DNA of 64,000 nucleotides from Gammaproteobacteria bacterium (GTDB lineage Bacteria; Pseudomonadota; Gammaproteobacteria; Coxiellales; Coxiellaceae): NCBI GenBank assembly GCA_022601255.1, contig JAHZIV010000038.1, positions 16,959 to 80,958 of the forward strand, read 5' to 3'. Shown piece by piece: positions 1 to 9,695 of this stretch (position 1 is its first letter; each line of letters starts with the position of its first letter). The notes under the pieces were generated by a model. It saw only the letters and a program-made list of their open reading frames with translations, ran no database searches and was not told where the DNA came from. The position numbers and the translations under genes were made by a program.

Positions 1-1
1 A

Positions 2-1741
2 ATCTATATTAACCCCGCCTTTACTACTGTGTGGCAAAGGGATGTTCAAGAGATGTATGACCACCCTGAAAGGTGGTCTGATTTTTTATACCCCGAAGAT
101 AAAATAAAATTACAAGAAAGTATCGAGAAAAGAAACCCAACCGTTCGTCCTGGCGATAGCTTCCTAGAAGAGTATCGCATTGTCAGACCCTCTGGAGAAA
201 TACGTTATATCAGAGACTACAGTTTCCCTATTTTTGACAAAGCAGAACATCATATTGGTTTTGCTGGCATCGCTATCGACATCACCCCAGAAAGAATTTA
301 CACCAAAGAACTTGAACAAGCGAAACTCGATGCGGAACAAGCCAGTCGAGCAAAATCAGAATTTATCGCGAATATTAGCCACGATATTCGTACGCCGATC
401 ACCGGAATTTTAGGTCTTGCGCATTCACTTGAAAATAATGCAGTCAACGAACAAAATCGCCAAGATGCAGGTCTCCTGATTGCTGCCACTCAAGAACTAC
501 TAGGACTACTCAATGAGGTTATCGAATTATCCAAACTGGATGGTGGGCACAATGATGCCGCTCAAGAAGTGTTTCTAATACAAGGGCTGGCAGAGCACAA
601 TATTAATTTATTCAAAGCTGCCACTAAACATAAAAACATCGCCCTGAATCTTGTCATCGACAAGAACGTACCCGAAGCGTTCTTAGGCAATCGCATTTAT
701 CTGGATCGCATCCTGCTAAACCTGATAGGTAACGCTGTGAAATTTACCAATGAAGGCGAGATTACACTCAGCATTAAAGTAGCTCGTGTACAATCTAACA
801 TTGCAAAAGTGGTGTTTTCTTTAAAAGATACGGGTATTGGCATTCCTGCCGATCAGTTTAATAATATATTCGAACAATTTAATCGCCTAACACCTTCTTA
901 CCAAGGAATCTATAAAGGCAGCGGCCTAGGACTTTCGGCGGTGAAAAAATGTTTAGACGCAATGAATGGCACCATTAAGCTTGAAAGCAAATTAAATGTT
1001 GGTAGCACTTTCACTGTTACCGTGCCCCTAGTCATCAGTAAACAGATATTTAAAAAAACCAACAGCAATCAAGAAAAAATGACCGCCCCAAGCGTCAAAC
1101 TGACAAACCCCATTGCAACCGTTTTAATTGTGGATGACAATACATTGGCAGCACGCATGGCGGCACAGGTTTTTTATCAGTGGAATTGCAACTCTGAATT
1201 TGCAGCCGATGGTAGTGATGCATTAAAACTTTTAAAGATTAAAAAATTTGCGTTGGTGTTGCTAGACATTGGCCTTCCCGACATCGATGGTTTTGAGGTG
1301 GCAAAAAAAATACGTCAACACACTCCTGCAGAAGACCTGCCTATTATTGCACTTACGGGTCACATGGGAGATAACAAAAAGCAACAATGCCTCGATGCAG
1401 GCATGCAAGACATGCTAACCAAGCCCGTTACCTTACCCCTCGTTAATGCGCTGATTGAAAAATACATTCCCACAAAAAATAAAGAAGTGTTTGCGTTACT
1501 TGCTGCAAGCCTTCCGAGTGATTTAAAGCAACTGCAAATGCAATGTGACAACCAACAGTGGGAAGACATGCAGACATTAGTCCACAAAATCTATGGTGGT
1601 CTCTGCTACTGCGACACGCCGGAACTGCGCGATACTGCTTATCAATTAAAATCTGCTCTAGATGCAAAACAGCCCGATGAAATTGCGTTACAGCTTAACG
1701 TATTTATCGAAAAAGCCAGTGCATTAACCGGCGTCCTGTAA
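2..1741 (+). CDS. Hybrid (tripartite) sensor histidine kinase, 5' end cut by window edge: PAS - HisKA - HATPase_c - receiver - HPt
   Basis: Frame is open back to base 2 (IYINPAFTTVWQR, PAS-like). H-box ANISHDIRTPITGI; N-box LLNLIGNAVKFT; G-boxes DTGIGI and GSGLGLS. Receiver VLIVDDN...LLDIGLPDIDG...TKP; HPt-like VHKIYGG near the C-terminus. Confidence 0.85.
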   Translation: MYINPAFTTVWQRDVQEMYDHPERWSDFLYPEDKIKLQESIEKRNPTVRPGDSFLEEYRIVRPSGEIRYIRDYSFPIFDKAEHHIGFAGIAIDITPERIYTKELEQAKLDAEQASRAKSEFIANISHDIRTPITGILGLAHSLENNAVNEQNRQDAGLLIAATQELLGLLNEVIELSKLDGGHNDAAQEVFLIQGLAEHNINLFKAATKHKNIALNLVIDKNVPEAFLGNRIYLDRILLNLIGNAVKFTNEGEITLSIKVARVQSNIAKVVFSLKDTGIGIPADQFNNIFEQFNRLTPSYQGIYKGSGLGLSAVKKCLDAMNGTIKLESKLNVGSTFTVTVPLVISKQIFKKTNSNQEKMTAPSVKLTNPIATVLIVDDNTLAARMAAQVFYQWNCNSEFAADGSDALKLLKIKKFALVLLDIGLPDIDGFEVAKKIRQHTPAEDLPIIALTGHMGDNKKQQCLDAGMQDMLTKPVTLPLVNALIEKYIPTKNKEVFALLAASLPSDLKQLQMQCDNQQWEDMQTLVHKIYGGLCYCDTPELRDTAYQLKSALDAKQPDEIALQLNVFIEKASALTGVL

Positions 1742-2965
1742 TTAATGACGAAGCCCCAGAATACTACGATAAACCCAAGCAACTGCCACCGTTAACAAAC
1801 ACAAGGCCACCTCTATAAAATACAAATGCTTCAGTAACGCCAGGTGGCTAGTTAAGCTAACTAACACATAAGTCAATAAAATAATTAATCCAGAAACACT
1901 ATTAAAGCAGGCCTGCACCCGACCCTGGTAATTTAAGTCTGTTATATCTTGACCAATAGTCAAAATGACCGGCCAAATAGCAAAGCCCAGTCCAATAACA
2001 AAATACAACATCTCTGCTATAAACAGGTTGCGATTAAATCCAAACCATAGAAATGCCGCCGTCGATAACACTGTCAACAACAATACCGTTTTCATAACTC
2101 CAATACGATCTGCTAACCATGGCACACTAAACCCACCAAAGACCACTGCCACTGACAAAGCTGTTTCAATATGACCAAAACTGATTACATCAGTATGCAA
2201 TATATTTTTTGCAAACGGAACCAGCAATATTGGTGCCGTCATATACTGACACATCACTAACAACTGCAACGTATAAATAATCAAAATTTTCTTATTACTG
2301 TATATATAGCTTAAACCCTCTTTCATATCCTGCACTACACGTAACTTAGCTATTCGTGTTTCCGACTTAAAATGTAGCCAACGTTGCTTGATCAGCAACA
2401 ATATCAAAGCGGACAATAACAATAAGGAGCCATTAATATATAACGTATCCATATAAGACGTTGCAGCAATGACAAGACCTGCTGCACCCATACCGGCAAC
2501 ATTCCCAACTTCATAAGCGATATCCACGCTTGCATTCGCATATAACAATTCATCTTCTGGAATAATCTCGCGTATAAATGCCATCGCTGCTGGCGCATAA
2601 ACACTAAAAAAAACTCCTAAAAGAAGTGCTAAACCATCAAGCGCCGAACATGTATAGTGATTACCGTAGATTCCCGCAAAAACAAATAACACGATGACTC
2701 GCGTGATATTGGAAAAAAACAGCACCCACTTTCGCTCAAAGCGGTCTGCTATAACACCTACAAATGGACCTAAAATCACATTAGGTATCCAAAAACATGC
2801 CATCAGAATTACCAGCCCAGATACCGACGAATCGATTTGCACAATCATCCAGGCAATGGCAATATAGCTTAGACCACTCCCAAAAGTCGCCAGAAAGCAG
2901 CTGAGGGTATACCAAGCAAACGCGGGCCGCTCAAATAAACGCAACCTGTTGTGCAAATAAGACAT
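1742..2965 (-). CDS. MFS transporter (EntS/MFS_3-like)
   Basis: Multi-TM hydrophobic profile. MFS loop motif GVIADRFERKW between early TM segments. Confidence 0.8.
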   Translation of the reverse strand: MSYLHNRLRLFERPAFAWYTLSCFLATFGSGLSYIAIAWMIVQIDSSVSGLVILMACFWIPNVILGPFVGVIADRFERKWVLFFSNITRVIVLFVFAGIYGNHYTCSALDGLALLLGVFFSVYAPAAMAFIREIIPEDELLYANASVDIAYEVGNVAGMGAAGLVIAATSYMDTLYINGSLLLLSALILLLIKQRWLHFKSETRIAKLRVVQDMKEGLSYIYSNKKILIIYTLQLLVMCQYMTAPILLVPFAKNILHTDVISFGHIETALSVAVVFGGFSVPWLADRIGVMKTVLLLTVLSTAAFLWFGFNRNLFIAEMLYFVIGLGFAIWPVILTIGQDITDLNYQGRVQACFNSVSGLIILLTYVLVSLTSHLALLKHLYFIEVALCLLTVAVAWVYRSILGLRH

Positions 2966-3130
2966 AAAGTTTTTCTCGAAAAAGTTGGCCAGTCTATCAA
3001 AGTAGATCCCATCCTGTCAATGAAATCAAACTTAAGGCATTGGGCAGGTTAGGTCAGATTGCTGTGAAAGAATGGTATTTCTTGGCTAATAACTATAACA
3101 TATCGTAATTAGTAAAAGGTGGGGATAAAA

Positions 3131-3679
3131 ATGGAACAAAAATTGTGGCGTGCACGTCTCACTGTTTGCAGCATCATGCTGATCATGGCATTGATCGGCT
3201 TAATTCTCCTGGATACCCGTGCAAACGGATATTGGATCTATAGCCAGGTTATGGCCGTCGTTTATGCCCTACTCAGCATCTGGCTGTTCTATTACCTTAG
3301 TAAAAACGATCGCGAATCTTATCCTGCAACGATCTGGCATCAACTACTACACTGGCTTGGATTCTTTGGCATTCTCTATTTGCTCAATTTATTTGTGCGT
3401 ACCGGCTTACTCGATGCAGCTCAAACTGGCATTATCTCACTGACGCTATTAGCCTTCTGTACTTTTCTATCAGGCGTCTACACCGATGCGTCGTTTATGT
3501 TTATTGGTATTGCATTAGCCTGTTTAGCAGGCGTTGCCGTACTGCTGTCATCTTATCTGACGGTGCTAATGATACCCACTCTCTTGGTTGTTGCTGTAAT
3601 TGTCTATATAATAATTCATCGTGACCGCAAAAAACAACAACGCATGGAGTCTGAATGCACCGCTCAAAACGAAGTCTAA
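3131..3679 (+). CDS. Hypothetical integral membrane protein (about 5-6 TM)
   Basis: Hydrophobic ORF. ATG at 3131 is preceded by an aaaaggtgggg SD-like sequence. No recognisable family. Confidence 0.5.
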   Translation: MEQKLWRARLTVCSIMLIMALIGLILLDTRANGYWIYSQVMAVVYALLSIWLFYYLSKNDRESYPATIWHQLLHWLGFFGILYLLNLFVRTGLLDAAQTGIISLTLLAFCTFLSGVYTDASFMFIGIALACLAGVAVLLSSYLTVLMIPTLLVVAVIVYIIIHRDRKKQQRMESECTAQNEV

Positions 3680-5106
3680 AATATTACTGTTTTGCACTGC
3701 TACTATCCTGTTGCATCCCTTGTGCAAACGCTAACAATAACCGATCAAACATCCACAATGGCATCAACAACATTATCTCTCGGACGCGACAAATAAATTT
3801 AAAAAACACTAATTATGCCATCGTCATCCAATCCGTAGCCGATGGTCGCATACTCTATTCCCACAACGGCGATCGTCTTTTCACGCCAGCCAGCGTACAA
3901 AAGCTTTTTACAGCGGCCGCAGGGCTTGCATATTTAAAGCCTCGCTATCAATTTAACACACGTATTTATTCAACTGGCACACTGCACGACGGCACACTTA
4001 ACGGTGATCTCTATATTAAATTCTGCGGCGATCCTTTCTTAAAAACCAAACATCTTAATAAAATGTTTGAGCAACTGCACGAAAAGGGCGTGCATGCCAT
4101 CAAAGGCCGCATCTACATTGACGCCTCGGATTACAACAACATTCCTTATCCACCGGGCTGGATCTGGGATGACTTAAGCTATGGCTTCGCCGCACCGTTA
4201 AATACGATTATCTTAAACCAGAACAAATTTGTATTACGTTTACAGCCTGCAGGCAAGGTTAGTGCGCTACCTAAAATTATCAGTCCTCTGCCTAAAGGCA
4301 TCGCAGATTTCGAAAACCACATACGCACCACTAATCACAAAGTACCTCACTGCCCCATCACGATCTACAGTGATGATCAAAATCATTATCGTCTCAGCGG
4401 CTGTATCAATCAAAAATGGGGACGACAACGACGAACGCTTGCCATACGCAATGTCATGAAGTTTACAAAGTACTCTATTAATCAAGCATTGCAAAGCAAT
4501 TATATTCGCTACACCGGTAGCATTGGCGAACACAGCGCACCGAAGCACAAGCACCTGCTAGTAGAGCACAAATCCAAGCCGCTAAGCAAAATAGTACGGC
4601 AGATGTTAAAAGATTCTGACAATTTAACAACAGATACGGTTTTCAAAAAACTTGGGCAACAGTATTATAAAACTCAAGGTAATTGGCAGAACAGCATCAG
4701 TGCCGTTGAAAATATCCTAGAGTTACCTGCTAATATCAATTTCAATAAAAACAAACTCAATGATGGTGCCGGACTATCCCGCTACGATCTTATCACACCC
4801 AATCAATTATTGAAGTTACTCTATTATGCTAATCACAACCCCACCATAAAAATGGCCTTTTTTAACGCGCTGCCAATTGCCGGCAAAGACGGAACACTTG
4901 TGGATCGCATGCTGGATCAAGCTAAGACGCAACGTATTCACGCTAAAACGGGTGGCATGACAGGCGTGACGTCACTTGCCGGTTATATTGAGTCACACCA
5001 CCATGGCGAGCTGGCCTTTGTGGTCATGATTAATAATTATGTTGGTCCAGAAAAACCTTATTTAAAATTTGAAGACAAGATATCAGAATATCTTGCCTCA
5101 AGTTAA
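3655..5106 (+). CDS. dacB: D-alanyl-D-alanine carboxypeptidase/endopeptidase, PBP4 family
   Basis: Signal peptide ending CANA. SxxK (SVQKLFT), SxN (DSDN) and KTG (AKTGGMTG) penicillin-binding motifs in PBP4 order and spacing. Confidence 0.85.
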   Translation: MHRSKRSLKYYCFALLLSCCIPCANANNNRSNIHNGINNIISRTRQINLKNTNYAIVIQSVADGRILYSHNGDRLFTPASVQKLFTAAAGLAYLKPRYQFNTRIYSTGTLHDGTLNGDLYIKFCGDPFLKTKHLNKMFEQLHEKGVHAIKGRIYIDASDYNNIPYPPGWIWDDLSYGFAAPLNTIILNQNKFVLRLQPAGKVSALPKIISPLPKGIADFENHIRTTNHKVPHCPITIYSDDQNHYRLSGCINQKWGRQRRTLAIRNVMKFTKYSINQALQSNYIRYTGSIGEHSAPKHKHLLVEHKSKPLSKIVRQMLKDSDNLTTDTVFKKLGQQYYKTQGNWQNSISAVENILELPANINFNKNKLNDGAGLSRYDLITPNQLLKLLYYANHNPTIKMAFFNALPIAGKDGTLVDRMLDQAKTQRIHAKTGGMTGVTSLAGYIESHHHGELAFVVMINNYVGPEKPYLKFEDKISEYLASS

Positions 5107-5126
5107 CGCTTACCAGGAGCTTCACT

Positions 5127-5951
5127 ATGGATCTTTATGGCGTCATCGGAAACCCTATTGAACACAGCCTTTCGCCACAGATACACCGACAGTTTGCCGA
5201 ACAGACTGATCAAGACATGCGGTATATAAAAATTCAAGCGACTCATGAAAATTTCCGAGATACTGTGACGGACTTTATCAACCAAGGCGGGAAAGGCATG
5301 AATGTCACGGCACCTTTTAAAGTATCGGCCTTTGAACTTGCTAATGAGCACAGTGAGTACGCAGAACAAGCTCAAGCTGCCAACACATTGGCATTTAAAA
5401 AAGATCAGACTATTTTTTCAGACAATACAGATGGCATCGGTTTAGTACAAGACTTGCAACACAATCATCAATACACATTACGACAAAAAAATATTTTGAT
5501 TTTGGGGGCAGGAGGCTCCACGCAATGTATTCTGGGCGCTCTACTGGAGCAAGCTCCGAATAAAGTAACGATCGCTAATCGCACGGAAGCAAAGGCACAA
5601 CAAATTGCCAATCATTTTGCATTAAAAGGGTTGGTCGAATCTGCTGCATTAAATAAAATACCAGATATGCCTTACGACCTTATCATTAATGCCACCAGCC
5701 TCAGTCTTGAACAATCACCGACCATACCTAAAAGCTGTGTCACCACAGAGACTTGGTGTTATGATTTAAACTATGTCGAGACACACACACATTTTCTCAC
5801 CTGGGCAAATACTCGCGGCGCAGGACATTGCATCAATGGGCTTGGCATGTTGGTGGAACAAGCTGCGGCAGCTTTTTATTTATGGCGTGGCATTTATCCA
5901 GTCACCAATGATATTTTACAAACATTAAAAGGAAGCGCTCATGTATCCTGA
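5127..5951 (+). CDS. aroE: Shikimate dehydrogenase
   Basis: N-terminus YGVIGNPIEHSLSPQIH. NADP Rossmann ILGAGGS. Length 274 aa. Confidence 0.9.
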   Translation: MDLYGVIGNPIEHSLSPQIHRQFAEQTDQDMRYIKIQATHENFRDTVTDFINQGGKGMNVTAPFKVSAFELANEHSEYAEQAQAANTLAFKKDQTIFSDNTDGIGLVQDLQHNHQYTLRQKNILILGAGGSTQCILGALLEQAPNKVTIANRTEAKAQQIANHFALKGLVESAALNKIPDMPYDLIINATSLSLEQSPTIPKSCVTTETWCYDLNYVETHTHFLTWANTRGAGHCINGLGMLVEQAAAAFYLWRGIYPVTNDILQTLKGSAHVS

Positions 5952-7956
5952 TTTCAACTCAATCGAAACTGACAAGATTCCACATCAATTAGATGCTATT
6001 TTAGAACAAAACCTAAAGAGCATCGATGCATTACTCGATCAAAAACAGTTTGATTGGGACAACCTCATGCAGCCACTGGAGGAGTTCGATGATCGCCTTA
6101 ATAAATTCTGGTCTCCCATTCGGCACTTGAACTCCGTCATGAATAGTGAGGCTTTACGCACAGCCTATAATGCCTGCCTACCTAAACTAACCGTTTACGG
6201 CACTTCGATCAGCCACAACAAGAAATTATTCCTGGCCATTCAGTCCATTGCCGACAGTGATACCTATACAAAACTGGATGTCGCACAAAAAAAAGTGGTT
6301 GATAATAATTTACGTGATTTTAAGTTATCCGGTGTTTCACTCGATGATGATAAGAAGAAGCGCTACACAGAACTCAGTACACAGTTAGCCAGCTTATCTG
6401 CTAAATTTGAAGAAAACGTACTTGATGCAACACAAGCCTGGACTAAACATATTACCGATGAATCGGAATTGTCGGGATTGCCTGACTCCGCCATTAAAGC
6501 AGCTAAGGCAGCCGCTAGACATAAGCAACTCGGAGGTTGGTTATTTACCCTAGAAATACCGAGTTATTTGGCTGTCATGACCTATGCTGACTCAGATGCC
6601 TTGCGCAAAGAAATGTATCACGCGTACTCTACACGCGCCTCCGACCAGGGGCCTAATGCTGGCAAGTTTGATAACTCGCAAGTGATGATTGATATTCTAC
6701 AGTGTCGTTTAGCGCTCGCAAAATTATTAGACTTTAATAATCATGCCGAGCAATCGCTTGCAACCAAGATGGTAAAGAAAACTGACGATGTATTACATTT
6801 TTTGCAAAAATTAGTGAATGCATCAAAAGATAGTGCAGAACAAGAATTTGAAGATCTACTGGAATTTGCCAAAACGGATTGTAACATCGATGATATCCGC
6901 GCCTTTGATGTCGCTTATGTGAGCGAGAAAATGCGGCAACAACGCTATGACATTTCACAGGAACAATTGCGCCCATACTTCCCGGAGTCGCAGGTTATCC
7001 GCGGATTGTTTGCGATCGTTAAGAAACTTTTTTCGGTAAACATAAAGCCCGTCAACAATGTTGATGTTTGGCACTCTGATGTGCGTTGCTATGCTTTGAC
7101 TGATGATGCAGGAACGCTGGTCAGTCATGTTTATTTTGATCTTTATGCACGTGAAAATAAACGCGGTGGCGCCTGGATGGATGAATACTGTGTGCGACGC
7201 CACTTAAAAAATGGCGAAACACAATTGCCGATTGCCTTTGTTACTTGCAACTTCAGCGGCCCAATTGGCAAAGACCCGGCCTTATTTAAACATGATGAGG
7301 TTGTCACCCTATTTCATGAATTCGGCCATGCGCTACAACACATGCTGACTAAAATTGAATATGCGGATGTCTCTGGTATCAATGGTATTCCCTGGGATGC
7401 CGTAGAGGTGGCCAGTCAGTTTTTAGAAAACTGGGCTTGGCAGAAAGAATCTTTAGCACTGATTGCAAAACATTACCAGACGGGTGAGTCGCTACCCGAT
7501 GCATTGTTCGAAAAGATGTTGCAAGCTAAGAATTTCCAAGCTGCCACCATGATGATGCGCCAGTTAGAGTTCGCATTATTCGATTTCAAACTGCACTTGC
7601 TGTTTAATGAAAAACAAAAAAATCAAATTCAATCCATCCTCGATGAAGTGCGAGAACAGGTTTCAGTCATACCAACGCCTAAGTTTAATCGTTTCCAACA
7701 CGGTTTTTCGCATATATTCGCGGGCGGCTATTCGGCAGGATATTACAGCTATAAATGGGCAGAGGTGATGGCTGCGGATGCATTTTCATTGTTCTTAGAG
7801 AATGGCATCTTCGATCCTCAAACCAGTAAGAGCTTCCTTGAATCATTTATGCAAAGCGGTGGCGCAGTAGATCCGGCAGAGTTGTTTAAGCAATTTCGCG
7901 GTCGTGCGCCACGGGTTGAATCATTATTACAACAGTCTGGGATCACATCATCATGA
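5941..7956 (+). CDS. prlC: Oligopeptidase A (M3 zinc metallopeptidase)
   Basis: HEFGHALQH HExxH motif in M3 context. About 670 aa. Overlaps aroE by 11 nt. Confidence 0.9.
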   Translation: MYPDFNSIETDKIPHQLDAILEQNLKSIDALLDQKQFDWDNLMQPLEEFDDRLNKFWSPIRHLNSVMNSEALRTAYNACLPKLTVYGTSISHNKKLFLAIQSIADSDTYTKLDVAQKKVVDNNLRDFKLSGVSLDDDKKKRYTELSTQLASLSAKFEENVLDATQAWTKHITDESELSGLPDSAIKAAKAAARHKQLGGWLFTLEIPSYLAVMTYADSDALRKEMYHAYSTRASDQGPNAGKFDNSQVMIDILQCRLALAKLLDFNNHAEQSLATKMVKKTDDVLHFLQKLVNASKDSAEQEFEDLLEFAKTDCNIDDIRAFDVAYVSEKMRQQRYDISQEQLRPYFPESQVIRGLFAIVKKLFSVNIKPVNNVDVWHSDVRCYALTDDAGTLVSHVYFDLYARENKRGGAWMDEYCVRRHLKNGETQLPIAFVTCNFSGPIGKDPALFKHDEVVTLFHEFGHALQHMLTKIEYADVSGINGIPWDAVEVASQFLENWAWQKESLALIAKHYQTGESLPDALFEKMLQAKNFQAATMMMRQLEFALFDFKLHLLFNEKQKNQIQSILDEVREQVSVIPTPKFNRFQHGFSHIFAGGYSAGYYSYKWAEVMAADAFSLFLENGIFDPQTSKSFLESFMQSGGAVDPAELFKQFRGRAPRVESLLQQSGITSS

Positions 7957-8621
7957 AATCAAAACAACAAGATAAATTGAAACAACAGGTCGCTGCTGCT
8001 GCTTTAGAGTTCGCCAAACAACATGACACAATTGGTGTCGGCACTGGCTCCACTGTTAATTATTTTATTGAAGCACTTAGCAGCATCAAGAACACAATTG
8101 ATGTGACAATCGCGAGTTCAACTGCAACAGAAAAGCTACTAAAGAAGCATGGATTTGCTGTTGTGGATCTTAATACGGTTAGCAAGCTACCGATTTATAT
8201 CGATGGTGCCGATGAATTTAATCAGCATCTCTGTTTGGTCAAGGGTGGTGGTGGTGCGTTAACGCGTGAGAAAATCATTGCAGCGAGCGCCGATCAGTTT
8301 GTCTGCATTACTGACAGTAGTAAGAAGGCTGATGTATTAGGGCGGCAGTTTGCGATTCCCATTGAGGTGATTCCGATGGCGCGTGGTTATGTTGCGCGCG
8401 AGATTGTGAAGCTAGGTGGTAGCCCTGAATATCGTGAAGGATTTAAAACGGACAATGGCAATATCATTTTAGATATTCATAATTTTGAAGTATTAAACCC
8501 TGTTGAAATGGAGCAGCGTTTGAATAACATCACGGGTGTTGTCACTAATGGTTTATTTGCGCAACGTAAAGCCGATGTTGTATTAATGGCTGATGCAACT
8601 GGTATACAAGAGCTGTCGTAG
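7953..8621 (+). CDS. rpiA: Ribose-5-phosphate isomerase A
   Basis: GVGTGSTVNYFIEAL, IDGADEF and KGGGGALTREK motifs. ATGA overlap with prlC. Confidence 0.9.
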   Translation: MKSKQQDKLKQQVAAAALEFAKQHDTIGVGTGSTVNYFIEALSSIKNTIDVTIASSTATEKLLKKHGFAVVDLNTVSKLPIYIDGADEFNQHLCLVKGGGGALTREKIIAASADQFVCITDSSKKADVLGRQFAIPIEVIPMARGYVAREIVKLGGSPEYREGFKTDNGNIILDIHNFEVLNPVEMEQRLNNITGVVTNGLFAQRKADVVLMADATGIQELS

Positions 8622-8647
8622 AGATTTCGTATCATTTGTATAGTCTC

Positions 8648-8860
8648 AAAAAAATGCTGCTATTTTTAGTTTCAGAAAACGCTCATGGTCAATCCTCAGT
8701 CTGCGCTTGCTTCGTAATATTGGGCCGTCGAATTCGGCTTCCTGCCTCATTTCTCCTTATTTTCACATCCTGTGAAAATGACCCAATCTTACGTGCGCTG
8801 CTCGACTTGCGGTTTCAAAATCGCGTTTTCTGAAGCTAAAAACAGTGGGCGCATTTTTTT
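8648..8860. repeat. About 213-bp long imperfect palindrome (MITE/ERIC-like element), flanked by A7 and T7
   Basis: Left arm aaaaaaatgctgctatttttagtttcagaaaacgc (8648-8682) is the near reverse complement of right arm gcgttttctgaagctaaaaacagtgggcgcattttttt (8823-8860). Central hairpin ttttcacatcctgtgaaaa (8760-8778). Lies between convergent rpiA and the XRE gene. Confidence 0.55.
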
Positions 8861-8878
8861 ATTTCGTTAACTTACATC

Positions 8879-9271
8879 TCACACCTGCTGTGCGGCGCTA
8901 ATCACATTCTTATAGATTAAAAGACTGTAGCTGATAATTCCCTTTATTTGTTGCTCTGATAAAGGCTTACTAAATTTCTGTATTGCTTCTTGTAATGCCT
9001 TCTGCAATATCGCAACATCAATTTTCTGCTGAACCTTTAATGAATCCTCATCACTCTGTCGGTCCAGTATCAACCAATTTGCATCAACATTAAAACATTC
9101 ACAATAGTATCGCACCATTCGCGGATTTAATGATCGCTTGCCTGTTTCGTGCTGTGAATACGTTGACTCCGGTATATTATAATGGCGCGCAAACGCACGC
9201 GCTGAGCGGAACCCAGCATCCTTCCGGGCTTTTTGTAAGCGTTTTCCGATTTGAAAGTCCAGTTCTTGCAT
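8879..9271 (-). CDS. XRE-family helix-turn-helix transcriptional regulator
   Basis: N-terminal HTH IGKRLQKARKDAGFRSARAFARHYNIPESTYSQHETGKRS. 130 aa. Confidence 0.8.
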   Translation of the reverse strand: MQELDFQIGKRLQKARKDAGFRSARAFARHYNIPESTYSQHETGKRSLNPRMVRYYCECFNVDANWLILDRQSDEDSLKVQQKIDVAILQKALQEAIQKFSKPLSEQQIKGIISYSLLIYKNVISAAQQV

Positions 9272-9361
9272 ACAACCACCTTATTTTTTACTAATTAACG
9301 TTGAATATATTCGTGAAATTACCACTACTTATTTAAATTTGCAACTGTGAATTTAAAAAAA

Positions 9362-9391
9362 TTGCATAAAATTATGTCATTAGAGTATAAT
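9362..9391 (+). promoter_or_regulatory. Putative sigma70 promoter of csrA
   Basis: TTGCAT (9362-9367), 18-nt spacer, TATAAT (9386-9391). About 105-nt leader follows. Confidence 0.4.
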
Positions 9392-9502
9392 GATATGTCC
9401 TGATAGGAAATTTAACAACCAAATACTCTCTTCAGGGTGGTGACGTCCGACGGAACGGAACCATAACGGTGTCACCATTGAAGTAAAAGGAGTCTATTAG
9501 AT

Positions 9503-9685
9503 ATGCTAGTCCTAACCCGCTCTGTAGGTGAACGCCTCATTATCAATAATGGTGAAATTAAATTGAGTGTACTCGAAATCAAAGGCAATCAAGTTCGCAT
9601 TGGTATCGAAGCACCTAAAAACATTGCCATCCACCGCGAAGAAATCTTCAATCGCATCAAGAAAGAAGAGAAAGAAGAAGCTTAA
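9503..9685 (+). CDS. csrA: Carbon storage regulator CsrA (RNA-binding translational regulator)
   Basis: [12 protein letters not shown]...[22 protein letters not shown] matches the CsrA signature along its whole length. 60 aa. Confidence 0.9.
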   Translation: MLVLTRSVGERLIINNGEIKLSVLEIKGNQVRIGIEAPKNIAIHREEIFNRIKKEEKEEA

Positions 9686-9695
9686 CGTCTAGCTA

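Noticed and set aside
8636-8833. 65-aa plus-strand ORF between rpiA and the XRE gene
   Set aside because: It lies entirely within the long palindromic element, has no SD, and its peptide sequence is repeat-derived.
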